A stretch of 64,000 nucleotides of DNA from Candidatus Nomurabacteria bacterium (lineage in GTDB: Bacteria > Patescibacteriota > Patescibacteriia > Magasanikbacterales > UBA922). A program made the translations under genes and the position numbers. Location: assembly GCA_020632445.1 (NCBI GenBank), contig JACKFN010000004.1:4952-68951 (forward strand), written 5' to 3'. Numbering within the stretch: position 1 is the first letter of the stretch; the number at the start of each line of letters is the position of its first letter. The notes under the pieces were generated by a model. That model ran no database searches. It was not told where the DNA came from and worked only from the letters and a program-made list of their open reading frames with translations. Positions 10,507-20,326 of the stretch are shown here, piece by piece.

Positions 10507-11379
10507 ATGCAAAGCGTTCGAAAAGGAATTATTACGGTTGCAGGATTGGGTACTCGATTTTTGCCAGCTACCAAGGCCATGCCAAAAGAAATGCTTCCGG
10601 TGCTTGATAAGCCGGTTTTGCAGTATATTGTAGAAGAAATGGTCGAAAGTGGTATCAAAGAGATTATTTTTGTCACCAGTTCTCAAAAACGTCCGATTGA
10701 AGATCATTTTGACCGTGATAGAGATTTTGAAATTTTTTTGAAAAGCAAGGGAAAACTCAATCGGCTTCAACCACTCATTGATTTATGCGAGAAAGTACGA
10801 TTTTTTTATACAAGGCAGTCAGAGCCGCTCGGAAATGGACATGCCATGATGTGTGCCCGTGAGTTTGTTGGTGACGAACCATTTGCTTTTTCGGACGGAG
10901 ATTCTATTATTGACGGAGAAACACCAGTGGTCAAGCAACTCGTTAAGGTGTTTAACAAAAAACAGGCATCAGTCATCGGGGTACAGCGTATCGAAGATAA
11001 GAAAGCTATGATGAAGTATGGGAATGTCTATGGAACACCGGTTCGGGGTGAGTCAAGAACGTATCGCGTGAGTGAGTTTATTGAAAAACCGGCAATGTCA
11101 AAGGTATCACCACATGGGCTGATTGTGGGAGGAATGCGATACGTTTTCACCAAAGACATTTGGGCACATTTGGAAAAACAACGCGAAGGAAGAGATGGTG
11201 AGATATGGCTTGCAGACGCGGCCAATTCACTTGCCAAGAAAAAACCTTTTTTTGCCTATGAATACGATGGAATCTATTTTGATACCGGGGATAAACTCGC
11301 ACTGTTGAAAACAACACTTCATTTTGCCATGAAAGATAATGAAATGGCAGATGAAATTAAAAAATTTGTTTGTGGGTAA
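10507..11379 (+). CDS. galU: UTP--glucose-1-phosphate uridylyltransferase
   Basis: GIITVAGLGTRFLPATKAMPKEMLPVLDKPVLQYIVEE nucleotidyltransferase motif. Confidence 0.85.
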   Translation: MQSVRKGIITVAGLGTRFLPATKAMPKEMLPVLDKPVLQYIVEEMVESGIKEIIFVTSSQKRPIEDHFDRDRDFEIFLKSKGKLNRLQPLIDLCEKVRFFYTRQSEPLGNGHAMMCAREFVGDEPFAFSDGDSIIDGETPVVKQLVKVFNKKQASVIGVQRIEDKKAMMKYGNVYGTPVRGESRTYRVSEFIEKPAMSKVSPHGLIVGGMRYVFTKDIWAHLEKQREGRDGEIWLADAANSLAKKKPFFAYEYDGIYFDTGDKLALLKTTLHFAMKDNEMADEIKKFVCG

Positions 11380-12613
11380 AAGATTTTTACATTTTTTCGT
11401 ATTAAGTCTATTTATTGTAGTAGGTCTTTCGATGTATTTAGAAAATGCGTACGCCGCAGAGAAGCCAAGACTCATTGAGTGTGGTGTGCCAGGGGAGACG
11501 ACTCAATACACAGTCTGGTGGATGGGGGGAAAATATGAGAAAAGAGTTTGTCTCGATGTAAGGAAAGGTAAAACATCTTTAACGTATTGGGAGCTTTTTC
11601 GATCGGGGATATTTAGTGATCATGGTCCTTGGGAAGATGTGGATGCTTTCGTAAGTTACAGATGTGATGGGGCATTTTGGCGGAATCCTGGACTTCCTGA
11701 ATGGAGAAAGTTAAAGGATATTACTTTTCCACTAGAAGAAAAAATTGAAGTGGATGGAAAGAAGTGTGAATGGAGAGTTTTACTTGATACGGAAGATAGA
11801 CCAACATATATTTATTATGAGGGTGTGCAGTTGCCTTCTGAGGCAGAAGTTGCTGCTGCCGCGGGTTGTGAATGTAAAATTGAATATGCTGGGATTGGAG
11901 GAAATCCGGATCGCGGAGCTGTGTTTTTTGGTGGAGTTGCTAAGCTTCCATATGTTGATCATAACTCGATTCCCAAAAATCAGCTCTGTGGAGAAAGTAC
12001 CACCGTTACTATTGGTATAGGTCGATCAGGTCCTGCGAATGAATTGTTGAATTTAAGAAAGATTGCAGAGGCACAAGCGCTTGGTCGATCAAATTGTTGG
12101 CCAATGTATTTGAAAGAAAGTGCCGTTGCATCAAGGACTCTTCAGATCGATAATGAAGAACAGTGTAAGGCACTAGAGGGTGGACTTCAAAATTTTGCGG
12201 TCCCTGAATTTTCTATGAGACTCAATGGAATAGGAGAAGTGACAGTTCGAGGTGCATATCGTATTTTAATTAAAAGCTGTGAGATTGTTGGAAAACTTGA
12301 GAGTGCCCCTTCGGATAGTCAGCCAGTCGTTTCAGAAGTTCCTTTTTCAGTGCCAAGCCCATCTTCTCTGAACCGATTGGGGGATACCAATTTTCAGGGC
12401 CTTATTGGGAGGGCAATCAAGTTCGTTGTTCAGATGCTCGGATCCATTGCTTTTGTGATGTTTGTGTATGGGGGAATTTTGTTTATGTTTTCTGGTGGAA
12501 ATAGTAGCAAAGAATTGAAGGCCATTAAGACACTTGCTTATGGAGGTATAGGTGTACTGATTATACTTTCAAGTTATATTCTTGTTCAGTTTTTATTTAG
12601 TGCATTTTCATGA
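11339..12613 (+). CDS. T4SS-pilin-like (TrbC/VirB2-type) protein with a large N-terminal ectodomain
   Basis: Signal peptide. The C-terminal core LIGRAIKFVVQMLGSIAFVMFVYGGILFMFSGGNSSKELKAIKTLAYGGIGVLIILSSYILVQF is shared with 11 paralogs (helix - short polar loop - helix). Confidence 0.55.
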   Translation: MKWQMKLKNLFVGKRFLHFFVLSLFIVVGLSMYLENAYAAEKPRLIECGVPGETTQYTVWWMGGKYEKRVCLDVRKGKTSLTYWELFRSGIFSDHGPWEDVDAFVSYRCDGAFWRNPGLPEWRKLKDITFPLEEKIEVDGKKCEWRVLLDTEDRPTYIYYEGVQLPSEAEVAAAAGCECKIEYAGIGGNPDRGAVFFGGVAKLPYVDHNSIPKNQLCGESTTVTIGIGRSGPANELLNLRKIAEAQALGRSNCWPMYLKESAVASRTLQIDNEEQCKALEGGLQNFAVPEFSMRLNGIGEVTVRGAYRILIKSCEIVGKLESAPSDSQPVVSEVPFSVPSPSSLNRLGDTNFQGLIGRAIKFVVQMLGSIAFVMFVYGGILFMFSGGNSSKELKAIKTLAYGGIGVLIILSSYILVQFLFSAFS

Positions 12614-13431
12614 TGAAGAGATGTGGGCTTTGGTTTGTGTGTAGTTTACTCGGTGCATTTTTCGTGACTCCTCCGTTTGCCGTATCAAAGAATCTTTGTG
12701 AATGTTTTGTGGTTGTTGAGGGTGTTCAAGATCGATATGGAAACCCCGTCGGTAACCAGATTTGTAGATCAGAAGGACAGACCAAAGGAGTTTCTCAATT
12801 CGTCATAGAGCTTGGGTCTCTTTCAGGGGATACCGTACAGGTAAACTTAGAAGAAAAAATTACTCCATTGGTGAAAAATCTTTATGATGCAACCAATTAT
12901 GGGTCAAGAGCTTGTTTTCCAATTGAAGAGTCAAAGTATCGTCAGCATATAAACAAGTACATGATTGACGTAAGTAATGTGGATGTCTCTGAAGAATCTT
13001 GTGGGGATCAGTTGCATGGTCTAAGTGTAGCAGTACCGGTAAAAAGCACATCAAACGTAAATTACGATGGGTATTATGTGGCAAACCTTTCTTGTAAATA
13101 TGTTGTTAGAGAAGAAGATGGAAGTGAAGCAGTTATAATCCAAGAGGTTGGAGGGGGTTATAGGGAATTTCGTTTTCAGGACCAACTTTCCAAAGGCGTT
13201 GCCGGTTCTTTCCAGATGCTCATAGGAAAAGCGATTAAATTTGTAGTCGGAATGCTTGGATCTGTTGCGTTTATTATGTTTGTATATGGCGGAATTCTTT
13301 ATATGTCTTCGAGAGGAAATACTGACACGCAGAAAAAGGCGCTCCTTACATTGGCCTATGCAGGGATAGGAGTCGTAATTATTCTCTCAAGCTACATACT
13401 GGTGAAGTTTTTGTTTAGTGCATTTTCATAA
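12610..13431 (+). CDS. T4SS-pilin-like protein with an N-terminal ectodomain
   Basis: The C-terminal 90 aa are near-identical to the preceding gene (…FVYGGILYMSSRGNTDTQKKALLTLAYAGIGVVIILSSYILVKFLFSAFS). Confidence 0.55.
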   Translation: MMKRCGLWFVCSLLGAFFVTPPFAVSKNLCECFVVVEGVQDRYGNPVGNQICRSEGQTKGVSQFVIELGSLSGDTVQVNLEEKITPLVKNLYDATNYGSRACFPIEESKYRQHINKYMIDVSNVDVSEESCGDQLHGLSVAVPVKSTSNVNYDGYYVANLSCKYVVREEDGSEAVIIQEVGGGYREFRFQDQLSKGVAGSFQMLIGKAIKFVVGMLGSVAFIMFVYGGILYMSSRGNTDTQKKALLTLAYAGIGVVIILSSYILVKFLFSAFS

Positions 13432-14843
13432 TGCATGGTATAATAGGAGCAATTAAAAAACTTATGAAAAGGAAAATCATTGCCATATTTTCGCTTCTTG
13501 CTACCGTTCTTTTGACGGGCGGTCTTGGATGTAAGGGGTTGTCAGCCGACGAACAGGCGGCCATTCAGCCAATATCACTCACATACTGGACAGTATATGG
13601 TGATATTGATGAACTTCGGGCGCTTGCTGCAGAGTACAGCCAGCTGCGGACCTATGTCACTGTCAATATTCGTCAAATTCGGTATGATGAACTCGAAGAA
13701 AGATTGCTTACGGCGTTGGCTGATGATGTTCCACCGGATATTATCTCTATTCCAGCTGAATCTATCCCGCAGTATCTCAAGTGGCTCGAACCAATGCCAA
13801 GGCAGGTGAGTGTTTCCAACGTATACACCAAAGGGACCTATGCCAAGGAAACCGTCGTTGAGCGAGTGGTTCAGCCGATGCCAACCCTTCGTGAAATTGA
13901 AAGTACTTTTGTGCAGGCAGTCGTTGATGATGCGGTCATAGGTAATCAAGTATATGGTTTGCCACTTTCACTTGATACGCTGGCACTTTACTACAACAAA
14001 AATTTACTTGATCTTTCTGGTATTCCCACACCGCCACGAACATGGGATGACTTCCAAAAGGCTGTTGAACAGATTGTGCGTTATGATGTGAATGGAAATG
14101 TTACACAGGTTGGTGTTGGACTTGGGACAGGAAGCAATGTAAACAATGCTGCAGATATCCTTGCACTTTTGATGCTCCAAAATGGAGTAGAGCCAATTAA
14201 GGGAAACCGTGTGGCTTTTCACGCTGGAATGGAAAAAAATGTTTCACAAAACCATAAGACTTTTGAGTCGCTTCGTTTTTACACACAGTTTTCTGACAAA
14301 ACCAAAAAGGCATATACTTGGAACGAGAAACAAGAGCAAGCGCTTGATGCCTTCGTGCGTGGAAAGTCAGCATTTTACATAGGATATGCAAGGGATTTTG
14401 CGCAGATGTCACGCAGAGCGCAGGCGCTCAACCTAGAGGTTATTCCACTTCCTCAACTGAATCCAAATAGACCAACGAATGTAACGAGCTATTGGGTGGA
14501 AAGTGTTGTAGAAAAAAGTAACAAAGGAAATCATGCATGGGATTTTGTGAGATTTATGACCACGGAAAGAAACATTCGGAAGTACGTCGAGTCTACACGA
14601 CTTCCATCTCCAGTTAGGACACATGTTACTCTCTTTCAAGACGACGAAGTGCTCGGTCCATTTGCTCAGCAGGTACTCTTTGCCAAGACATGGTATTCTG
14701 GTCGTGACGCAGACAGAGCCAAGCGAGCATTTGCTGACTTGATAGAAGCATATCGCCTGCCTGGAGCAACAGATAAAAAGAAGCTTGAAAATGATGTAAA
14801 CGCTGTGAACTACGCGGCGCAGATCATCCAGCAGACATTGTAG
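13431..14843 (+). CDS. ABC transporter extracellular solute-binding lipoprotein (family 1, sugar-type)
   Basis: Lipobox LTGGLGC and a bipartite SBP-like sequence of about 450 aa. Confidence 0.65.
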   Translation: MHGIIGAIKKLMKRKIIAIFSLLATVLLTGGLGCKGLSADEQAAIQPISLTYWTVYGDIDELRALAAEYSQLRTYVTVNIRQIRYDELEERLLTALADDVPPDIISIPAESIPQYLKWLEPMPRQVSVSNVYTKGTYAKETVVERVVQPMPTLREIESTFVQAVVDDAVIGNQVYGLPLSLDTLALYYNKNLLDLSGIPTPPRTWDDFQKAVEQIVRYDVNGNVTQVGVGLGTGSNVNNAADILALLMLQNGVEPIKGNRVAFHAGMEKNVSQNHKTFESLRFYTQFSDKTKKAYTWNEKQEQALDAFVRGKSAFYIGYARDFAQMSRRAQALNLEVIPLPQLNPNRPTNVTSYWVESVVEKSNKGNHAWDFVRFMTTERNIRKYVESTRLPSPVRTHVTLFQDDEVLGPFAQQVLFAKTWYSGRDADRAKRAFADLIEAYRLPGATDKKKLENDVNAVNYAAQIIQQTL

Positions 14844-14861
14844 TTTCTTTGGATTATTACT

Positions 14862-15704
14862 ATGAAAAGATTCACGACCAAAAAAGTACTCTCAGCGGTG
14901 TTTCTGTTGCTCTTTTTTGTGATACCAACTGTAGCGGATGCTGCTGGACAATGTTTTTATTATAGTGTAAAGATTGACTACAGCAACGAAGGAAAGGCTA
15001 CCAAACAGTGTCGATCTGACATGACACAAGCAGAAAAGGATCGGTGTGAGCCGTTTACAGGCTGTGGATGTATTTTGGTGCTTGATGAGTCTCATGCGAG
15101 GTTACCTGGTGCCACTGCAAGGTGTATGGAAAACAAGGAAGGTGGATTGCAAGTGTGTGATAGTACGGGTGATATATCGACATGTAAAGATTATTTGAAT
15201 GCAGGAAGCGGTGCGCAGATAAATTCGATTGATGACTGTGTATCTATTTGTTCGACTCCGTTTGCTAATGGTTATGCGGCAGTAAAATGCACCTACTTTC
15301 GTCAGGGATTCAATTCGTGTGAAGACGTACTTGCCAAGTACCGTGCAGATTTGAACAAAGAAGAAACTTCCCCTGTTCCTGAAAGTCTCGAGCGAGGACA
15401 ACTGCGACTTCCAGACTGCGCTTACAGTAAAACCGGGTGCCGAAACATCAATGCACTTTTGGAACTGGTGATCAACATCGGCGACTGGATATTTGGATTT
15501 ATCGGTGGTGTGGCCCTTTTGGTGTTTGTCTATGGTGGGTTTGTCGTGGTAACATCATTTGGGAATGCTGAAAAAGTCAAAAAAGGATATAGTATTCTCG
15601 GAGCGGCGCTTATTGGTATGGCCATAGCGGTAAGTGCCTATTTACTCGTGGATTTCTTGCTTGATGCTCTTACGGTTAAGGAAGAGTTTAGAAGTGTAAG
15701 GTAA
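14862..15704 (+). CDS. T4SS-pilin-like protein with a Cys-rich N-terminal ectodomain
   Basis: 14 Cys in the ectodomain; the C-terminus carries the FVYGGFVVVTSFGNAEKVKKG...AYLLVDF core. Confidence 0.55.
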   Translation: MKRFTTKKVLSAVFLLLFFVIPTVADAAGQCFYYSVKIDYSNEGKATKQCRSDMTQAEKDRCEPFTGCGCILVLDESHARLPGATARCMENKEGGLQVCDSTGDISTCKDYLNAGSGAQINSIDDCVSICSTPFANGYAAVKCTYFRQGFNSCEDVLAKYRADLNKEETSPVPESLERGQLRLPDCAYSKTGCRNINALLELVINIGDWIFGFIGGVALLVFVYGGFVVVTSFGNAEKVKKGYSILGAALIGMAIAVSAYLLVDFLLDALTVKEEFRSVR

Positions 15705-15705
15705 T

Positions 15706-16437
15706 ATGAAGAAACAGATTTTGTATTTTGTGTATACTTTAGGAATTATCTGTGCAGTATTTTTTCCTATGGTCACATACGCCGAAATTGTTAAGTGTAC
15801 CTGTCGTGTAAATATTGTCCAGCCTGGTGATCTGTGTGTTGTAGAACATTCAGAGGTGTTTACCTTTGACACTGAGAATGGTGCAGTAGTTCCAATTGAT
15901 TTGCCATTAGACGGTTTTTTTGCAGATGCGGCAGATACACAAGCATGTATGAATGTCGCTCCTCCTTTTGATACCATATCTGGTGGGCAAACATTGCAAC
16001 TTGCTGTGGATAGCTGTAATGTAGATCAGGAGGAAGAAAAAGATGGGAATAGTTATACACTAAACTGCTTTTTCGAAGGACAAGATCCTGCCGCCGCGCC
16101 AGGCGCAGCAGCAGGCGCGCCAGGATCTGGCGCTGCTCCAGCCTCCGGTGGTGATGTCGGAAAAGAAGGAGAACTCCGCAAATTATCCCTTCCAAACCCT
16201 CTCCAAGAGGTAAATATCAACCGACTCATTGGGCGTATTATTGGACAGGCACTTGGCCTCCTTGGATCTATTTCACTTGCCGTGTTTGTGTATGGAGGAT
16301 TTATGTTTTTAACTTCTGCTGGTAACGATGATAAGGTCAAAAAAGGTACCAATGCCATGCTCTATGCCGCAGTCGGGGTATTCCTTGTTTTGGCAAGTTA
16401 TGTTATACTAAGGGAAGTATTTACTAAGGTATTTTAG
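15706..16437 (+). CDS. T4SS-pilin-like protein with a Cys-containing ectodomain and an Ala/Pro/Gly linker
   Basis: C-terminal core FVYGGFMFLTSAGNDDKVKKGTNAMLYAAVGVFLVLASY. Confidence 0.55.
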   Translation: MKKQILYFVYTLGIICAVFFPMVTYAEIVKCTCRVNIVQPGDLCVVEHSEVFTFDTENGAVVPIDLPLDGFFADAADTQACMNVAPPFDTISGGQTLQLAVDSCNVDQEEEKDGNSYTLNCFFEGQDPAAAPGAAAGAPGSGAAPASGGDVGKEGELRKLSLPNPLQEVNINRLIGRIIGQALGLLGSISLAVFVYGGFMFLTSAGNDDKVKKGTNAMLYAAVGVFLVLASYVILREVFTKVF

Positions 16438-16527
16438 GCCTGATTTTAGGTAAAGACATGGGATTCTTGACAAATTCGAGGCACCATGTCACTATATACC
16501 GTTATCTATCTAAACTTATGAAAGGGG

Positions 16528-16980
16528 GTGAGAAACATGCTTAGCAAATTGAGTAAGAAGGCAATGCTCGGATTCGGGGCTTTCCTCGTACTTGGAACAG
16601 CACTTGTTCCTGCTAGCGCAGGAGCTGCTGAAGTTGACGATGACGTTAACACTTTCTTTGGAGTATCATATGCACAAAAGTCAGGTCTTGGTAACCGTGA
16701 TGTGCGTGATACTATTGCCTCTATCATTCGTGTCGCTCTTTCACTTCTCGGTATTATTGCGCTCCTTATTATTCTCGCAGGTGGTTTCCAATGGATGACC
16801 GCAGGTGGTAATGATGATAAGGTTCAGGAAGCGAGAAAGCGTATGATTCAAGGTGTGATCGGTCTAGCGATCATCATGAGTGCATATGCAATCTCTATCT
16901 TTGTTATCGAACAGCTGTCAGAAGCAACCCAATCAGGTCAAGCTGATGCTGCAGATCTTGGTGCCGGTGACGAAGAATAA
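16528..16980 (+). CDS. T4SS-pilin-like protein (minimal form)
   Basis: Signal peptide plus LLGIIALLIILAGGFQWMTAGGNDDKVQEARKRMIQGVIGLAIIMSAYAI. Confidence 0.6.
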   Translation: MRNMLSKLSKKAMLGFGAFLVLGTALVPASAGAAEVDDDVNTFFGVSYAQKSGLGNRDVRDTIASIIRVALSLLGIIALLIILAGGFQWMTAGGNDDKVQEARKRMIQGVIGLAIIMSAYAISIFVIEQLSEATQSGQADAADLGAGDEE

Positions 16981-17034
16981 TATTTACCGGAGAGACGGGC
17001 GCACACTGGTGCGCCTCACTTTCTTGTAAACCCT

Positions 17035-17442
17035 ATGAAAAAACTCTCCCCATATATTTCTTTTGGGATCTTACTTCTTGTTTTGGCGGTTTTGTTTGCC
17101 CCTGATTTTGCGTTTGCTGGTGGACCAAATCTTGGTCTTGAGTTTGGGAGCAATACCGGACTGGGAAAATCAGATGTTCGTATTACAATAGCGCGAATTA
17201 TCAAGGTCGTGCTGAGCGTTCTGGGAATACTCACCCTTGTGCTCATCTTGTTTGCCGGATTCAAATGGATGACCGCTGGAGGAGATGAAAGCAATGTTGA
17301 CAGTGCAAAAATGATCATGAAAAATGCCGTCATTGGGCTGGCGATTGTGATGGTTTCCTACGCGCTTACAGACTTTATTCTGACGAATCTGTACAAGCAA
17401 ACCACTGGGTACGACTATCACGAGGAGGTATTTATACCGTAA
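17035..17442 (+). CDS. T4SS-pilin-like protein (minimal form)
   Basis: VLGILTLVLILFAGFKWMTAGGDESNVDSAKMIMKNAVIGLAIVMVSYAL. Confidence 0.6.
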   Translation: MKKLSPYISFGILLLVLAVLFAPDFAFAGGPNLGLEFGSNTGLGKSDVRITIARIIKVVLSVLGILTLVLILFAGFKWMTAGGDESNVDSAKMIMKNAVIGLAIVMVSYALTDFILTNLYKQTTGYDYHEEVFIP

Positions 17443-17538
17443 AAATAGATAAATTGAAAAATTGTTAAATGGTTACATTGAGGATCAATAAATAGCTATG
17501 CTATCATTTGTAATGGAATAGTGTAATCCTTTAGCAAT

Positions 17539-18486
17539 TTGTCAATTTCGCAATTTTCTTCTATGAACACAAAATTCAAAATACTTTTTCTTTCATTTAC
17601 GCTTACCATAGGAGTTTTGCTTGGTGCTGGTTATGCACTTGCCAACGATTATGGGCTTGGTGCTACCGCTGGAGCTGCCGGACTTACCAATTCAGCCGGT
17701 GGAAATGATGTGCCAACTATTCTTGGTAATGTTATTGGAACGGCACTATCAGTAGTATCTATTGTCTTTTTTATCCTCATGATTTATGGAGGATTCTTGT
17801 GGATGACTGCACACGGAAAAAGTGATCAGACAAGTAAAGCACTTGATACCATTATTGCTGCGGTGATAGGTATTATCATTGTACTTGGAGCGTATGCGCT
17901 TACCCAATTTGTGTTTGATAACATTGCTGGAGGTGGAGGCGCTGGCGGAGGTGTGGCACCTTCTGCGGCTGATCTTAAACCGAATGATACATCTTGCAAT
18001 ATTGATGCAGACTGTCAATCTGGTGCATGTGTTCTCTTTGCTGGAGCACCGACTAAGCTTTGTTCTGCGCCTGGTGCAATCGGAGAAGAATGCCAGGCAA
18101 ATAACCATTGTGTTACTGGAAATTGTCAGGGTGGCCAATGTGCAGATGGGGGGGCAGCGGCAGGCGCAGGCGCAGGCGCTGATGACCTAGCCGCACAAAG
18201 AAATCAGCTCAATGCAGAGCTTCAGGGAATGCTACAGCTTGTCGATGGTTTTGCTACTTGTATAGATGATGGTGATAACGTCGGCTGCGACGATGCTGAA
18301 GATGACTTCGGTGAACAGATAACTGAGCTTGGAACACTCATTGGCACGGCACAAGCGACGGATGATATTGCTCAAAAGGAGGCATCAAAGATACAGGTGC
18401 AAACTAAAATAGATGCAATGGCAGGGATGATGAGGAATGTGTGTGATCAAGATGTACTTAATTGTGCAGCGCGAGCAGGTAGGTAA
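17539..18486 (+). CDS. T4SS-pilin-like protein with a C-terminal Cys-rich extension
   Basis: Pilin core (IYGGFLWMTAHGKSDQ...GAYALTQF) followed by a Gly linker and CNIDADCQSGAC...CQANNHCVTGNCQGGQC. Confidence 0.55.
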   Translation: MSISQFSSMNTKFKILFLSFTLTIGVLLGAGYALANDYGLGATAGAAGLTNSAGGNDVPTILGNVIGTALSVVSIVFFILMIYGGFLWMTAHGKSDQTSKALDTIIAAVIGIIIVLGAYALTQFVFDNIAGGGGAGGGVAPSAADLKPNDTSCNIDADCQSGACVLFAGAPTKLCSAPGAIGEECQANNHCVTGNCQGGQCADGGAAAGAGAGADDLAAQRNQLNAELQGMLQLVDGFATCIDDGDNVGCDDAEDDFGEQITELGTLIGTAQATDDIAQKEASKIQVQTKIDAMAGMMRNVCDQDVLNCAARAGR

Positions 18487-18496
18487 AAAAGATTGT

Positions 18497-19273
18497 ATGC
18501 AGTTTCGTGTGAAAACAAAAACGTTTCTATTTTTAGTAGGGTGTTTAGCTCTTTCCATATTATTGTCCGTGCCGAGCTATGCCAAAAAATCCTTCGCCGA
18601 TCAGGGCGCAGCACTTGATACTGCCGTAAGCCGAACCGGAGTGAGTGGCGAAAACCTCACCAGTCTTCCTGCGTTTATTGGCAATGGGATACGAGCCGCC
18701 CTATCTCTTGTGGCGGTTATTTTCTTCATACTCATGTTTTATGGGGGAATGCGTTGGTTTACCTCTCGCGGAGAAGAAGATGCGGTCAAGCACGGGCGGG
18801 ATACCATATCTGCCGCACTCATTGGGCTTTTACTTGTCGTTGGAGCATACGCAGTTACGAATCTCGTACAAGATAGAATTATTAGCGGCAATCAGTCAGT
18901 TGGTGCTGGAGCAGGAGGGGATAGCGGAGGAGAGCCAGGAGCCCCGGGATGCTGTCTTGATGCTATCCAAGATGCAGGAGCGAACATTGGATTTTCTGGT
19001 GTAGACTTTGACCTCGGATTTTCTTTTGTATACGCAGCATATATTCGTGATAGACAGGGCTGTAGCACACGCCAAGCAGATGATGCTCTTGCTGGGGCTG
19101 AGGGGTCGTACTGGTTTTGGTTCCCGGAAACCGGTGGCGATATGAACAAGTGTAATGAAATTTTTATAACTTGCTTTGATGATGCTGTAGTTGGGCAAGA
19201 TAAAATTGCTGACAAAAATGCTTGCGCTCAAAATGTTATTCGGCAAAATGGCTGGCAAACTCCTACGAATTAG
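18497..19273 (+). CDS. T4SS-pilin-like protein with a C-terminal Cys-containing extension
   Basis: Core FYGGMRWFTSRGEEDAVKHGRDTISAALIGLLLVVGAYAV. The start was trimmed to MQFRV. Confidence 0.5.
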   Translation: MQFRVKTKTFLFLVGCLALSILLSVPSYAKKSFADQGAALDTAVSRTGVSGENLTSLPAFIGNGIRAALSLVAVIFFILMFYGGMRWFTSRGEEDAVKHGRDTISAALIGLLLVVGAYAVTNLVQDRIISGNQSVGAGAGGDSGGEPGAPGCCLDAIQDAGANIGFSGVDFDLGFSFVYAAYIRDRQGCSTRQADDALAGAEGSYWFWFPETGGDMNKCNEIFITCFDDAVVGQDKIADKNACAQNVIRQNGWQTPTN

Positions 19274-19285
19274 TAGAGCAAAATT

Positions 19286-19684
19286 TTGTATGCTATACTT
19301 GATCATATGAATATGAAAAAATTTGCAAAAAAAATAACTTCTTTTTTTATCGTGGCATTGCTTTTTGCCCCTACGATGGCCGGAGCGGTTGGTCTACAAA
19401 AGTCGGGTACGCTGCTTGGTCAAACGGCTTCTAAGACAGGAGTTGATACCAGTAAGCAGGTCGAAGATGTTGTTGGGGCCGGAATTCGAGCCGGGCTTAC
19501 CTTAGTGGGGCTAATTTTCCTTGTACTTATGGTCTATGCCGGGTATCTTTGGATGACAGCGCGTGGTGAAGAGTCACAGGTAGACAAAGCAAAAAAAATC
19601 GTCAGTACCTCTATCATTGGTCTTGTGCTGGTGGTAGGTGCGTATGCTATCACCTTCCTTATTACTTCTCGACTTGGGAGGTAA
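19286..19684 (+). CDS. T4SS-pilin-like protein (minimal form)
   Basis: VYAGYLWMTARGEESQVDKAKKIVSTSIIGLVLVVGAYAI. Confidence 0.6.
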   Translation: MYAILDHMNMKKFAKKITSFFIVALLFAPTMAGAVGLQKSGTLLGQTASKTGVDTSKQVEDVVGAGIRAGLTLVGLIFLVLMVYAGYLWMTARGEESQVDKAKKIVSTSIIGLVLVVGAYAITFLITSRLGR

Positions 19685-19722
19685 AGAAGACGGATAAATA
19701 GGACGTTTTAAATTGTTATACT

Positions 19723-20325
19723 ATGAAAAAATACCTCCTCATATTAGCTTTTGCTATAGGTGTGGCGCTTCCGTTTTCAGCTTCTGCTTTTGTTGATCTT
19801 GGAAAAGATCGCCTAACTGGTGGTGGAAGATCTGCAGGATATTCCGTAGATACTACCACAGAAACCACTTTTGCAGAGATTGTCGGTGAGGTTATCGCTG
19901 TCGCCCTTTCGCTCGTGGGTGCGATTTTTTTGGTTATTACGTTTTATGCAGGATTTCTGTGGATGACGGCACATGGAGACGAACAACAAGTCGACAAGTC
20001 AAAAAACATGATTCGTCAGTCTATGATTGGACTTGCGGTAGTACTGGGTGCTTACAGCATTACGAATTTTGTGGTTCCACGGCTCGTGGCAAAGACCACA
20101 GGTGGTGCTGCTTCTCAGGGCGGGGAACCTCTCAAACCGGGCGATACTCTTTGTTGTATAAAGACAGATGAAGGAACTGGAAACGAAGTATCACGACGCA
20201 TTGTGCAGGAAGTTTCGCAGTGTTATTCTAGTGGTTTTTTTGGAATTGGATCAGGTTGCTCTGATAATAATGTCGATGGTCATGAATGTCAGGCGATGGC
20301 AATGCCAGCAGAACAGTGTAAGTAA
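19723..20325 (+). CDS. T4SS-pilin-like protein with a short Cys-containing C-terminal extension
   Basis: FYAGFLWMTAHGDEQQVDKSKNMIRQSMIGLAVVLGAYSI. Confidence 0.55.
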   Translation: MKKYLLILAFAIGVALPFSASAFVDLGKDRLTGGGRSAGYSVDTTTETTFAEIVGEVIAVALSLVGAIFLVITFYAGFLWMTAHGDEQQVDKSKNMIRQSMIGLAVVLGAYSITNFVVPRLVAKTTGGAASQGGEPLKPGDTLCCIKTDEGTGNEVSRRIVQEVSQCYSSGFFGIGSGCSDNNVDGHECQAMAMPAEQCK

Positions 20326-20326
20326 T

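Noticed and set aside
7292-10770. Antisense ORFs inside the pilin-like genes (7292..7762 -, 9749..10039 -, 10339..10770 -) and inside ileS (39999..40760 -), gyrA, pilB
   Set aside because: They are embedded in well-supported genes on the opposite strand, with His/Arg/Ser-rich or hydrophobic junk translations and no expression signals.
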